From Candidatus Kaiserbacteria bacterium (GTDB lineage: Bacteria; Patescibacteriota; Minisyncoccia; Phycocordibacterales; UBA2100): a DNA stretch of 64,000 bases. The translations under genes and the position numbers were made by a program. Below, piece by piece: positions 30,243 through 40,044 of this stretch (positions within the stretch are counted from its first letter, which is position 1; each line of letters starts with the position of its first letter). The notes beneath the pieces were generated by a model that saw only the letters and a program-made list of their open reading frames with translations, searched no databases and was not told where the DNA came from. The stretch covers positions 1,837 through 65,836 of the forward strand of contig JACRFI010000016.1 in NCBI GenBank assembly GCA_016217965.1, given 5' to 3'.

Positions 30243-30477
30243 GTCCGGCTTTCTTGAGAGTCAAAAACGCACCTCTTTTTTGCATGGTCTTCAGGGCCTT
30301 TGCGGAAACAGTAACAGTGACTTTTCTTCCGAGTTCTGGAATGAAAAGCGTCTTTTTCTGCATGTTTACCTGTCGGCGGCGTGCACCGGTAGGGTTGAAT
30401 TTGGTCGCACGTGTGCGATTAGAATAGCCACCTCCGACGCGGCTTCTTTTCCCTGTGATGTCGCAAACTCGTGACAT
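30235..30477 (-). CDS. rpmB: 50S ribosomal protein L28
   Basis: 'MSRVCDITGKR' L28 N-terminus; ORF track start 30507 is an upstream extension. Confidence 0.75.
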   Translation of the reverse strand: MSRVCDITGKRSRVGGGYSNRTRATKFNPTGARRRQVNMQKKTLFIPELGRKVTVTVSAKALKTMQKRGAFLTLKKAGLI

Positions 30478-30515
30478 AGCGCCGCGAATACTAGCATTAG
30501 CGGGCATTCAAAGCA

Positions 30516-31163
30516 ATGTGCTACCATGCAGCGATGGAAATTTTCGACTCCATATTTGTTGTCGCCATCATCATGTTCTCTGCGGTCATTCATGAGGTGA
30601 TGCATGGCGTCGCAGCAGACAAATTGGGTGATCCGACCGCACGGTATGCGGGGCGCCTTACCTTGAACCCGATAAAGCACCTCGACCCGTTTGGTTCCGT
30701 TCTCCTTCCGGTCATTCTTGTGCTCACCAATTCTCCGATACTGTTTGGTTGGGCGAAACCCGTTCCCTACAATCCCTACAATCTCGTGCGTTCGCCAAAG
30801 TGGGGGGAAGCGATAGTCGCGGGAGCGGGGCCTGCCTCTAACTTTGCAATTGCACTCATCGCATCGGTGTTTATCCGCGCAAATTTTTTCTCGTCGGAAC
30901 TCGACAGCGTTCTTTTCCTAATAGTTTCCGTAAATGTGATGCTCGGCATATTCAATCTGATACCGATACCGCCCCTCGATGGCTCCAAAGTTCTTTCTGC
31001 ACTATTGCCCCGTGGCCTCGCGCGGGCGTATGACGAATTCCGGGTCCGCCTCGAATACAATCCGTTTCTTGGGTTCGGGCTCGTCCTCGTCATTATCATG
31101 GTCTTCGGCGGTGCGTTCGGGAGCCTGATCTATAGCGTTGCGAGGTTTCTTGCGGGAATGTAG
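30516..31163 (+). CDS. site-2 protease family (peptidase M50) membrane metalloprotease
   Basis: 'HEVMH' zinc motif in TM helix, 'PLDGSKV' second motif. Confidence 0.7.
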   Translation: MCYHAAMEIFDSIFVVAIIMFSAVIHEVMHGVAADKLGDPTARYAGRLTLNPIKHLDPFGSVLLPVILVLTNSPILFGWAKPVPYNPYNLVRSPKWGEAIVAGAGPASNFAIALIASVFIRANFFSSELDSVLFLIVSVNVMLGIFNLIPIPPLDGSKVLSALLPRGLARAYDEFRVRLEYNPFLGFGLVLVIIMVFGGAFGSLIYSVARFLAGM

Positions 31164-31236
31164 CCCTAATCTTGCATTCCGGGGTTCTCCATAGTACATT
31201 TCTCGGTACCCCGCACAGGGGTTTTAGTTTGCTTTC

Positions 31237-31653
31237 ATGGCCACAATCAACCAATTGATCAAACGCGGCAGGCACGACAAAATACGCCGCACAAAGACCA
31301 TCGCCCTGGGGCGCGGTTTCAATACGCTCAAAAACAGGCCTACGTTCTATCCTGCGCCCTTCAAACGCGGTGTGTGCACTCGCGTCACCACGAAAACCCC
31401 TCGTAAACCGAACTCGGCTATCCGAAAGATCGCCCGCGTCCGCCTCACGAACGGCATGGAGATCACCGCATACATTCCAGGAGAGGGACACAATTTGCAG
31501 GAACACTCGGTTGTCTTGGTACGCGGAGGTCGCGTGAAGGACATCGGACTTCGATACACAATAGTACGTGGCAAGCTTGATACCGCAGGCATCGAGAAGC
31601 GCCGACGTGGCCGTTCGCTCTATGGTGCAAAGCGCCCGAAAGGAGATAAATAA
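31237..31653 (+). CDS. rpsL: 30S ribosomal protein S12 (with about 14-aa N-terminal insertion)
   Basis: 'KRGVCTRV…PNSA(I)RK…RVRLTNG…[10 protein letters not shown](V)RGGRVKD' conserved core. Confidence 0.9.
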   Translation: MATINQLIKRGRHDKIRRTKTIALGRGFNTLKNRPTFYPAPFKRGVCTRVTTKTPRKPNSAIRKIARVRLTNGMEITAYIPGEGHNLQEHSVVLVRGGRVKDIGLRYTIVRGKLDTAGIEKRRRGRSLYGAKRPKGDK

Positions 31654-31656
31654 TCT

Positions 31657-32118
31657 ATGAGACGCGCCGTAAAAAACAGAAAGCAACCGGAACCAGATCC
31701 TGTATACGGATCATTCAAAGTCGCGAAGCTCGTCAATTACGTGATGGAGCGCGGCAAGAAGGATACGGCGCGCAAGATTGTGTACAAAGTGATGGAAGAG
31801 TTGAAGAAAGAAGGGGACCCTGTCCTCATTCTTGAAGATGCGCTTGATAAGGCATCTCCGACGGTGGAAGTCCGCTCTCGCCGCGTTGGTGGTGCGAACT
31901 ACCAGGTTCCGCGCGAAGTTCGTCCTGAAAGGCGTCTCGCGCTCGGTATGCGTTGGATTGTTGAAGCTGCGGAATCAAAAAAAGGAGTCCCGATGGCAGA
32001 AGCGCTTCTCGTAGAATTGAAAGCGGCTCACAAAGGAGAGGGTGAGGCAGTCACGAAGAAAGAAACGACTCATAGGATGGCAGAGGCAAACAAAGCGTTT
32101 GCGCACTTTGCGTGGTAA
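31657..32118 (+). CDS. rpsG: 30S ribosomal protein S7
   Basis: S7 core 'VEVRSRRVGGANYQVP'. Confidence 0.9.
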   Translation: MRRAVKNRKQPEPDPVYGSFKVAKLVNYVMERGKKDTARKIVYKVMEELKKEGDPVLILEDALDKASPTVEVRSRRVGGANYQVPREVRPERRLALGMRWIVEAAESKKGVPMAEALLVELKAAHKGEGEAVTKKETTHRMAEANKAFAHFAW

Positions 32119-32164
32119 TTTCGGGTACCTGAGCGCACTCTAGGCGCGTGCTAGTATTTTTCGC

Positions 32165-32482
32165 ATGGTGAAAGGCATTGCGATCATTGCCGCCGTTATT
32201 GTTGTCTCGTTTTATTTTCTTTTCCGGCCGGCCTTTATCAATGGCACGGTGCTAGAGAACGGGACGGCGATTCAGACACATTTTGGCTTCTGTTACCACC
32301 CATTAGGGATGCCGATACCGTTCAGGACGACACTCGTCAAGATACCGAAGAACGTCGAGCCTATCCAAAATGCAGATACACGCGGGACGAATTGGACATC
32401 ATGTAAGGATCGATACGGTATTGTTTTCGGGCTTCTCTTGCCGCTGCGCGAAACAATAGTGGTTGAGGTAAGATACCAGTAA
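32165..32482 (+). CDS. small hypothetical membrane protein (possibly spurious, in rpsG-fusA spacer)
   Basis: 105 aa, one TM; unusual position inside str operon. Confidence 0.25.
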   Translation: MVKGIAIIAAVIVVSFYFLFRPAFINGTVLENGTAIQTHFGFCYHPLGMPIPFRTTLVKIPKNVEPIQNADTRGTNWTSCKDRYGIVFGLLLPLRETIVVEVRYQ

Positions 32483-32563
32483 GTTCGCGGATTAGTACGC
32501 TCCGTGAAAGTCCCCTTGTTTCTTGCATTTCCCCTAGTTTCCGCTACATTATGAGGCGCTAGG

Positions 32564-32590
32564 GCTCCGCCAGAAAGGCGGATATTTTTT
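32564..32590 (+). terminator. hairpin + T-run immediately upstream of fusA (attenuator/terminator-like)
   Basis: 'ctccgccagaaaggcggatatttttt'. Confidence 0.35.
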
Positions 32591-32598
32591 GAAAAATC

Positions 32599-34740
32599 AT
32601 GGCAAGAGACTATCCACTAGAAAAAGTCCGTAACTTTGGGATTGTCGCGCACGTGGACGCGGGCAAAACAACCACATCCGAACGAATTCTGTACTACACC
32701 GGAGAGAGCCATAAGATCGGCGAAGTGCACGAAGGGAACACGGTCACAGACTGGATGGAACAAGAGAGGGAGCGCGGCATCACCATCACCGCCGCTGCCA
32801 TCACATGCTTCTGGAACCCAACGTACATGGGGACGGATATATCGCAGAAAGTCCGCTTCAACATTATTGATACCCCAGGACACATCGACTTTACGTCTGA
32901 AGTGAAGCGTTCGATGCGTGTTCTCGACGGAGCGGTTGTCGTGTTTGACGGCGTTGCAGGCGTTGAACCGCAGTCAGAGACGAACTGGCGCTACGCAGAA
33001 GAAGCAGAAGTGCCGAGAATTTGTTACATCAACAAATTGGACCGCACCGGAGCGTCTTTTGAGAAGTCCTATGCGTCCATTCTTGATAGGCTTTCTACCA
33101 AGGCAGTTCGCCTGCAGATCCCAATCGGCGCTGAGGGAGATTTTGAAGGTGTCGTGGATGTTTTGGAAATGAAAGCGTTCAAATTCGAAGGCGAGATGGG
33201 GAAGAATGTCGTTGCATACGATATCCCGGATAGCCTCAAGGCCGATGCGCAGAAATATCACGATGAGGTGGTAGAACGAATTGTTGAGACTGATGATGCG
33301 ATGATGACGGAATTTCTCGAGGGGAAGAAGCCGTCGCTTGAGGCGCTCAAGAAGCAATTGCGCGCTGCCGTCTGCACGAACAAGCTCTTTCCAGTCCTCA
33401 CGGGATCGTCTCTCAAGAACAAGGGGGTGCAGCGCGTTCTTGATGCGGTTGTTGACTATCTGCCGTCGCCTCTCGATCTTCCATCGGCGAAGGGAATCAA
33501 TACTGATACTGGTGCCGAAGAAACTCGCCCAGCAACCGACGATGGACCGTTTGCTGCGCTTGTATTCAAGCTCCAAGTTGACCCATTCGTCGGCGCTCTC
33601 ACATTCTTCCGCGTATATTCTGGGCATGTTGCTGCGGGGGACACTGTATACAATTCTGCGAACAACAAGAAAGAACGCATTGGGCGCATGGTGCGTTTGC
33701 AGGCGGACAAGCGCGAGGACGTGAAAGAAGTTTTTGCGGGCGAAATTGCTGCATTCGTCGGCATGAAAGAAGTAAAAATTGGAAATACGGTCTGCGACGC
33801 AGAGCATCCAATTGCGCTCGAGAAAATAATCTTCCCGGAACCCGTTGTTTCGATGCGCATCGAGCCGAAGACAAAGGCAGACCAGGAGAAAATGGGCATC
33901 GCACTCTCGCGCCTTTCGGACGAGGACCCGACATTCCGCATCAAATCTGATCCGGAGACCGGAGAGACCATCATTTCCGGAATGGGTGAGCTGCACCTAG
34001 AGATAATCGTCGATCGCATGAAGCGCGAATTTGCAGTTGAAGCGACGACAGGAAAACCGCAAGTTGCGTACCGCGAGACGATAACAGGTACGGCGGATGT
34101 CGAATACAAGCACATCAAGCAGACAGGCGGTCGCGGCCAGTACGGCCATGTGAAGATCCGCATGAAGCCGCTCGAACCAGTCGAGGAGGGAAAAAAGGTG
34201 AAGAACAACGTCGAGCGCGAAGACCATTTCGAATTCATCAACAACATCAAAGGCGGCGTCATCCCGCAGGAATACATCCAGCCCATCAAGAAGGGACTCA
34301 AAGAAGCGATGGATCGCGGCGTTCTCGCGGGCTTTCCCGTTGTTGATGTATCAGTCGATCTCTACGACGGTTCATATCACGAAGTTGACTCGTCCGAGAT
34401 CGCATTCAAACTCGCTGCCATTAATGCATTCCAAGATGCGGCTAAACTCGCGAAGCCTGCACTTCTCGAGCCGATCATGAAATTGGAAGTCGTCACGCCG
34501 GAAAAATTCATGGGCGATGTGACGGGCATGATAAATAGTAAGCGTGGTTCCATAGAGGCTATGGGCGAGCGCGGCCAAGCGCGAGTCATCACCTCCAAAG
34601 TCCCACTTTCGGAGCTTTTCGGATTCACCACACAGCTTCGCTCCGCGACCGAAGGCCGCGGTGTTCCCAACGTCGAATTCTCGCATTACGCCGTTGTACC
34701 GCGGAATGTGGCAGACGAAGTTATTGCAAGCAGAAAGTAG
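32599..34740 (+). CDS. fusA: elongation factor G
   Basis: G-domain 'AHVDAGKTT', 'DTPGH', full five-domain EF-G length 713 aa. Confidence 0.95.
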   Translation: MARDYPLEKVRNFGIVAHVDAGKTTTSERILYYTGESHKIGEVHEGNTVTDWMEQERERGITITAAAITCFWNPTYMGTDISQKVRFNIIDTPGHIDFTSEVKRSMRVLDGAVVVFDGVAGVEPQSETNWRYAEEAEVPRICYINKLDRTGASFEKSYASILDRLSTKAVRLQIPIGAEGDFEGVVDVLEMKAFKFEGEMGKNVVAYDIPDSLKADAQKYHDEVVERIVETDDAMMTEFLEGKKPSLEALKKQLRAAVCTNKLFPVLTGSSLKNKGVQRVLDAVVDYLPSPLDLPSAKGINTDTGAEETRPATDDGPFAALVFKLQVDPFVGALTFFRVYSGHVAAGDTVYNSANNKKERIGRMVRLQADKREDVKEVFAGEIAAFVGMKEVKIGNTVCDAEHPIALEKIIFPEPVVSMRIEPKTKADQEKMGIALSRLSDEDPTFRIKSDPETGETIISGMGELHLEIIVDRMKREFAVEATTGKPQVAYRETITGTADVEYKHIKQTGGRGQYGHVKIRMKPLEPVEEGKKVKNNVEREDHFEFINNIKGGVIPQEYIQPIKKGLKEAMDRGVLAGFPVVDVSVDLYDGSYHEVDSSEIAFKLAAINAFQDAAKLAKPALLEPIMKLEVVTPEKFMGDVTGMINSKRGSIEAMGERGQARVITSKVPLSELFGFTTQLRSATEGRGVPNVEFSHYAVVPRNVADEVIASRK

Positions 34741-34784
34741 GTTGCGCTGGCAAAAATCCACAGTTATCGCTCAAATAGACTTGC

Positions 34785-34809
34785 ATTATCGCTCATAATG
34801 AGCGATAAT
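34785..34809. promoter_or_regulatory. perfect 12+1+12 palindrome ATTATCGCTCAT-a-ATGAGCGATAAT (operator-like) upstream of fic-like gene
   Basis: Half-site 'TTATCGCTCA' also at 34764-34774 and as 'ATGAGCGATA' overlapping the ATG at 34820. Confidence 0.5.
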
Positions 34810-34819
34810 GTGATTTAAT

Positions 34820-35875
34820 ATGAGCGATAGTAATCTCAGTCAAAGACAGGCTTCCATACTTGCCAGTATGGGACTTGATACAGACTATTCAGCAGAAAGC
34901 TTGGCGAACTTGTTCGACATTGCTCCTGCCCCAGCGACATTGCGCAGAGACATGCAAAAATTGGAATTACACGGCTACGTAACTCGGCGAGGAGAAAAAA
35001 GGGGAAGGAAATATGCAAAGACGGAACTTGGTGCCCTCTTGAGCCCCTTGGATGCACACGCGTACTTCCTCAAAGAAACAGATGTGCGCCGCGGATTAAA
35101 GACGTATCGTCACGGACTCTGGAATGCCGTACCTGAATCTCTTTTCACCACAGGTGAGCGAGCCGCATTCGCTGCTGCTACCGACATCTATCACGCGCGA
35201 TCGCGCGATATTTCCGAGGTCGTGCGTGCGAAGGAGCTTGAACGCTTCGTGATCGAGCTTTCGTGGAAATCTTCGAGGATCGAAGGCAATACGTATACGC
35301 TTCTTGATACCGAGCGCCTTCTGCGTGAGGGAGTGGAGGCACCCGGGCATGGGAAAGGCGAGGCTATGATGATTCTCAACCACAAGAAAGCGTTCCAGTA
35401 TATCTTGGAATCAAAAAATAAGCGTGAGTTTGTGAATAAGCATTTTGTCGAGGATGTGCATGGCATTCTTGTCGAGAATCTCGGCGTATCACGAGGATTC
35501 AGAAAGGGCGTTGTCGGGGTCACCGGCTCTTCGTATCGGCCTCTCGACATTCCCGCGCAACTGGAAGAAGAGACTGGCGTCTTGTGCCAGGCTGCGGCAC
35601 AGATCAAAGACGCGTATTCGCAAGCACTTCTCATGCTCGTTGGAATAAGTTATATACAGCCTTTTGAAGATGGCAATAAGCGCACCGCGCGACTCATTGC
35701 AAATGCGGTTCTCATTGCGCACGAGAAGGCGCCGCTCTCATATCGAAGCGTCGATGAAACGCTCTATCGCGAAAGTATGCTTACGTTCTACGAACAACTC
35801 TCCATCGTCCCAATGAAAAAGATATTCTCTGATCAATATCTTTTCGCCTGCGAACAGTATCTGAAAAGTTCGTAA
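34820..35875 (+). CDS. Fic/Doc-family protein with N-terminal wHTH-like region and degenerate motif [12 protein letters not shown]
   Basis: Fic/Doc core '[20 protein letters not shown]' (canonical HxFx[DE]GN[GK]R; His replaced by Gln). Confidence 0.7.
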   Translation: MSDSNLSQRQASILASMGLDTDYSAESLANLFDIAPAPATLRRDMQKLELHGYVTRRGEKRGRKYAKTELGALLSPLDAHAYFLKETDVRRGLKTYRHGLWNAVPESLFTTGERAAFAAATDIYHARSRDISEVVRAKELERFVIELSWKSSRIEGNTYTLLDTERLLREGVEAPGHGKGEAMMILNHKKAFQYILESKNKREFVNKHFVEDVHGILVENLGVSRGFRKGVVGVTGSSYRPLDIPAQLEEETGVLCQAAAQIKDAYSQALLMLVGISYIQPFEDGNKRTARLIANAVLIAHEKAPLSYRSVDETLYRESMLTFYEQLSIVPMKKIFSDQYLFACEQYLKSS

Positions 35876-35933
35876 AAACGGGTTTTCCGTCAAACACTCC
35901 AGTAGAATCTGCCAGCTTCAAGAGCCTGACCAT

Positions 35934-36081
35934 TGCCAAAGTGCCGCTTTCGGAGCTTTTCGGATTCACCACACAGCTTCGCTCCGCGACCGAAGGCCGC
36001 GCCGTCCCGAACCTTGAGTTCTCGCACTACGTCGTAGTACCACGTAATGTGCAGGAGGAGATAATTGCGTCTCGTAAGTAA
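35934..36081 (+). repeat. fusA 3'-end remnant copy 1 (encodes …[47 protein letters not shown])
   Basis: About 56 nt identical to 34601-34656 of resident fusA then diverged; ends with in-frame stop. Confidence 0.85.
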
Positions 36082-36129
36082 TTCCCAAATACCTGTCCCC
36101 ACCGCGGCCGCCCTGAGCGAAGTCGAAGG

Positions 36130-38412
36130 GTGGCCGCGTGTCATGATGTGTGCATGAACAAAAGCGTTGTAGCGTTTGTGGCAGTCGTCGCGTCGTTTTT
36201 CGTCCCCTTTTTCGCCTCGGCACAAGTTCCTACACCGTCTGCCGGAGGACCGTATTCTGGCGGCGTAAATCCAACCATCAGTTCCCAAAGTGGTACTTCC
36301 GTCGGCGTGTCTATCTCTTCTGTCGGGTCGAACACGTCTATTTCACAATCTTTTGTATGTCCGACGTTGATTCGCACCCTTGTCCGCGGTTCTCGAGGCG
36401 GTGATGTCGCTGGAGTACAAAATTTTCTCATCGCCCAAAAAGATTTGGCGGCAGGCAACAACACCGGCTACTTCGGTACTCTCACTGAAACGGCAGTGAA
36501 ATCGTTCCAGCGAAGAAATAATATAGTCTCAAGTGGCACACCAGGAACGACGGGGTATGGCCTCGTCGGCGCAAAGACACGTGCGGCGATCCAAAGAGCA
36601 TGTGCTGGATCAATGGCCGCACCAACCAATTCGTACTCGTCTCCATCACTAGGTTCGAATTCAGAAATAGACAAACTCCTCGCGCAGATTCAATCGCTTC
36701 AGGCGCAAATGAACCAGGAAGCTAACAAGAGCACTGGAAATTCTTCGGGGACAACGTATGTGCAAGGCTCGTACGCACAAACAAACGCGCCTGTGTATTC
36801 GGAAACGAATTATTACAATCAGGGATCATATACACCCACAGACGACCAGGTCCGACCAGCTTCACCACCGTACTATGGGGTTAACTATTTCGCATCTGGA
36901 TACGGGAATTTCCTCACGGACCAGTTCGATGTGTCAAGGACGCGCATCCAGAACGACATCGGACTCATGCAAAGCATGGGAATCAACGTCGTACGTATAA
37001 GCGTCGCCGGTTTCGCCAACGGGCTTGTGCCATGGACCTACAACCAACCGCGGGGACGAGAATATTTCGACACAGCAAATTGGGAGCTTGCCGGAAACAA
37101 CCTTGCAAAGTTGATCAAGCAATTTAAAGCAGCCCGCATAAAAGTTATTGTGGATTTTGTATCGATAAATTATTTCTTGTTCGCACCGAGCGCGACTGAA
37201 CTCGCCATCCACCCAGTAAGCCAGGCATGCAAAGACGGGTTTGCGTCCGGTTCGATGGGCGTATGGTGGCAGTGCCGGTATCCGAACAGATGGGATGATT
37301 TTGTATGGGACTATACGACCTGGGTGAACGGCATCGTGTGGCTCGTCGAGAATGATTCCGAGGCAGCGTCAAACGTCCTCTACTACGATCCGATCGGAGA
37401 ACTCCAATTTTCGGACCGGACAGGCACCGACATGAAGGCATTCGCGAACATCATTATCGCAAACAACAACATTCCGGCAGGGAAACTTGGCATATCGGTA
37501 CTTAATCCTGAATCGACCACTCCCGCCTCAATCGCGCTTCCGAACCTTAAAACTCTTCTCGATGCGGCAGGCAAAAAACTTTCGTTCATTGATGTGCATT
37601 GTTATCCTGGTATCTCTTGTGCGTTTGGTAGCCAGACTGTTGCCCAGTGGTTTACGGACGCATATACAAATGCGCGGAGATCATTTCCCGCATCTGAAAC
37701 AAAGTTTGTCGTGGGAGAATGGGGCTCCAATTATGATGGTGGAAAAGGCTTGGGCCAAGCGAATTACGATGCACAAGTTGTCAATTGGGCGAAATCCAAC
37801 GGCGATGTCACGGCGCTCGTGCACTGGAATCTCTATGATGACAATCCGAGTTACAACGAATATCACATCGGAGTTGCGCCGACGGCCGGCGTTGCGCAAG
37901 GTACACGAAATACCTATATGGTCCTCGGGACGATGCGCGGGGACTTAATCGATGGTGATTTTGAAAGTGGTATTTCGAAGTGGTTTAACGGCGGCAGTGG
38001 GTCGAACCTAAAGCAGATGCCCATCGAAGCAGTGACGGGTTCGTACTATGGACGCATGCAGGTGACGGCACCCGGACAAAATTGGTTCTGCACGCCAAAT
38101 TTCGTGCTCGCCAATGGCACGCATGTCGCGACCGGCGGTTTCATTCGGACAGCACTTGCAAATGTGACGCTTTCGACCCGATATTTCGATTCAAATTGGA
38201 AACTGATCGGGCAAGATGACATCACGCTTACACAACCAGCGGCTTGGCAGTGGCGGCAAATACAAGAGCAATCGCTGTCAAAACGCGCTACTACGTGGAC
38301 GGGTGCCCCTTATGCTGCACAGGTTTGCTTCGTTTTGAACGGTCCAGCTGGCACATCCGCTACAAATCCGCAGTATCTTGATTTGGATTCGATCACGGTG
38401 CACGATTATTAG
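36130..38412 (+). CDS. secreted peptidoglycan-binding-domain protein with GH5-like TIM-barrel glycoside hydrolase domain
   Basis: Probable true start ATG 36154 (MNKSVVAF…, signal peptide); PG_binding_1-like 'GDVAGVQNFLIAQKDL…GYFGTLTETAVKSFQ'; 'GINVVRISV' and 'VVGEWGSNYDGG' GH5-like strands. Confidence 0.6.
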   Translation: MAACHDVCMNKSVVAFVAVVASFFVPFFASAQVPTPSAGGPYSGGVNPTISSQSGTSVGVSISSVGSNTSISQSFVCPTLIRTLVRGSRGGDVAGVQNFLIAQKDLAAGNNTGYFGTLTETAVKSFQRRNNIVSSGTPGTTGYGLVGAKTRAAIQRACAGSMAAPTNSYSSPSLGSNSEIDKLLAQIQSLQAQMNQEANKSTGNSSGTTYVQGSYAQTNAPVYSETNYYNQGSYTPTDDQVRPASPPYYGVNYFASGYGNFLTDQFDVSRTRIQNDIGLMQSMGINVVRISVAGFANGLVPWTYNQPRGREYFDTANWELAGNNLAKLIKQFKAARIKVIVDFVSINYFLFAPSATELAIHPVSQACKDGFASGSMGVWWQCRYPNRWDDFVWDYTTWVNGIVWLVENDSEAASNVLYYDPIGELQFSDRTGTDMKAFANIIIANNNIPAGKLGISVLNPESTTPASIALPNLKTLLDAAGKKLSFIDVHCYPGISCAFGSQTVAQWFTDAYTNARRSFPASETKFVVGEWGSNYDGGKGLGQANYDAQVVNWAKSNGDVTALVHWNLYDDNPSYNEYHIGVAPTAGVAQGTRNTYMVLGTMRGDLIDGDFESGISKWFNGGSGSNLKQMPIEAVTGSYYGRMQVTAPGQNWFCTPNFVLANGTHVATGGFIRTALANVTLSTRYFDSNWKLIGQDDITLTQPAAWQWRQIQEQSLSKRATTWTGAPYAAQVCFVLNGPAGTSATNPQYLDLDSITVHDY

Positions 38413-38419
38413 TCTTCGC

Positions 38420-38485
38420 TTCGTTCTCGCACTATGCGATTGTCCCAAAAACGTTGCAGATGAAGTGATCGCCTCGCGCAAATAG
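38420..38485 (+). repeat. fusA 3'-end remnant copy 2 (…FSHYAIVPKNVADEVIASRK*, 1-nt frameshift)
   Basis: Matches last about 22 codons of fusA. Confidence 0.75.
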
Positions 38486-38554
38486 AAAACGTCACATGGC
38501 ATAGCCTGAACAATGTCCACAGGCGTCTCCGCTGCCCCATTGAAAAAAGCAAGA

Positions 38555-38562
38555 GGGGGGGG
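38555..38562 (+). repeat. G8 homopolymer tract 13-20 nt upstream of ATG 38575
   Basis: 'aagaGGGGGGGGtagcattgggacATG'. Confidence 0.8.
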
Positions 38563-38574
38563 TAGCATTGGGAC

Positions 38575-39858
38575 ATGAAAAACATCCCACGGGTTGGTGT
38601 GCTTATCAGTGCTATTCTCCTTGCGCCTGCGTTCGCGGCAGCTCAAGACGCGCTCGGAAGTCCTATGCCTTCAATGGGTCCGGGAATAATTTGCCAAGCG
38701 GAAATGAATGCCGCCATTGCGGTCGGTCTGCAAAATAGGGAAAAGGCCGAGGTAAAGGCGCTCGATGCGTGCCTAAAAAATAACGCGTCGACACTACCCA
38801 TGCCCTCAATGACCTCTGAGGCAAGCGACTCTGGCAGCGTAACATCGGGTATTACCCCGAACACGAATGGCAGCGGCGCTTCATGCCCCAAAATTCTTCG
38901 TACGCTTTTCGTCGGCAGCACTGGGGATGACGTGGTGGCATTGCAGGTATTCCTTATTGCGCAAGGCGATCTTGCCGCAGGCAATACCACCGGCTACTTT
39001 GGCGTTCTTACGGAAGCGGCGGTAAAAGCATTTCAGTCGGCGCATGGTATAGAGAACGCTGGCATGGTGGGTCCGAAGACTCGCGCGGCGATCGCGCAAA
39101 TATGCGGCGGTACCGTTTCCACGAACACCCCTTCCTCTAGCGGCGGTTCAACGGGCAATCAATCGCTCATTGATTCGCTTCTACAGCAGATAAAAGTTCT
39201 GCAGGAGCAGATAAAGAATATCTCAGGGAACACAAACACAAACACAAATACGAATACAACGTCAACCAACACCAATACGACATCAACCAATATCAACACA
39301 ACTTCTTCGACTGCCGCGACTCCGCAAACTTTCGACTACATGGCGTCATTCCATTCCGGCCCGCAATCTGGGGGCGACCAGAGCCTGGCGCCGTACTTCG
39401 GCCAGAACCCGTCGGGACCATGGTGGTATGGGTATGCGGATTCCGTAACCGGCGCGACGAAGTTCATGTCGTGGGACGGGACCGTCCCCTCATGGATCGG
39501 CGGCTATGGAGGATTCCCGCGTCTCTACAACTGGGGTGGGTACGTCTACGGCTCGTCGGCAATAATCGTTTGGGTGGCACCGCGTGCGGGTACCGTCACG
39601 ATAGCCGGAAGTGTCTCGCGACAAGGGATTGGCGGGGCTGATGCGACGTGCTCAGGCGCGACGCCGATCGTCGCGTATGTCTATCAGGATGGAAAGGCTT
39701 TGTGGTCGGCGAGCATGATGCCGGGAGATGCTGGCAAAGCGTATTCACTCTCCGGCACAGTGAATCAGGGCAGCAACGTGTCGTTCATCATGCAGCCGGC
39801 AGGTGCAAGCCCGGCCTGCAACATCGTGTACTGGAATCCGACTGTCGTGCTTAAATAA
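38575..39858 (+). CDS. secreted peptidoglycan-binding-domain protein with (TN)n linker
   Basis: Signal peptide 'MKNIPRVGVLISAILLAPAFAAA', PG_binding_1-like 'DDVVALQVFLIAQGDL…GYFGVLTEAAVKAFQ', 'NTNTNTNTNTTSTNTNTTSTN' linker, C-terminal beta domain. Confidence 0.65.
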   Translation: MKNIPRVGVLISAILLAPAFAAAQDALGSPMPSMGPGIICQAEMNAAIAVGLQNREKAEVKALDACLKNNASTLPMPSMTSEASDSGSVTSGITPNTNGSGASCPKILRTLFVGSTGDDVVALQVFLIAQGDLAAGNTTGYFGVLTEAAVKAFQSAHGIENAGMVGPKTRAAIAQICGGTVSTNTPSSSGGSTGNQSLIDSLLQQIKVLQEQIKNISGNTNTNTNTNTTSTNTNTTSTNINTTSSTAATPQTFDYMASFHSGPQSGGDQSLAPYFGQNPSGPWWYGYADSVTGATKFMSWDGTVPSWIGGYGGFPRLYNWGGYVYGSSAIIVWVAPRAGTVTIAGSVSRQGIGGADATCSGATPIVAYVYQDGKALWSASMMPGDAGKAYSLSGTVNQGSNVSFIMQPAGASPACNIVYWNPTVVLK

Positions 39859-39879
39859 AAAGTTCGCATACCCACTAAC

Positions 39880-39945
39880 CCAAAGTTTGATGCTGGGTGC
39901 TGAATTTGGAATTCTCTCACTACGCTATCGTCCCCAGAAATGCCT
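39880..39945 (+). repeat. fusA 3'-end remnant copy 3 (internally deleted; …EFSHYAIVPRN…)
   Basis: 'ccaaagt' junction plus 'gaattctctcactacgctatcgtccccagaaatg'. Confidence 0.65.
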
Positions 39946-40044
39946 GCCCCGTTAGAACTTTAGTTTCTAATGGGGTTGCTAACTAAGTGATAGGCGCGAG
40001 GACGCTCGTATTGACGAATTGGCTAATTGGGCTACTATTGGCGC

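Noticed and set aside
32165-32482. 105-aa ORF between rpsG and fusA as a genuine str-operon gene
   Set aside because: It is kept only at low confidence. No homolog pattern is recognisable, and the position is normally a short spacer. It may be a leader region containing the attenuator-like hairpin at 32564-32590.
39228-39300. TN-encoding ACAAAC hexamer repeats, the CTTCTAGC tandem at 50161-50205 and the CCCCGACCC repeats at 24600 as possible CRISPR arrays
   Set aside because: Units are 6-9 bp with no spacers of 25-40 bp and no cas genes. They are microsatellite-type repeats.
40027-40044. TTG start at 40027 for the Phd/YefM antitoxin
   Set aside because: ATG at 40045 (MSKITMPTF…) matches the usual antitoxin N-terminus. 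The upstream codons (GYYWR) sit in the hairpin region after fusA remnant 3.
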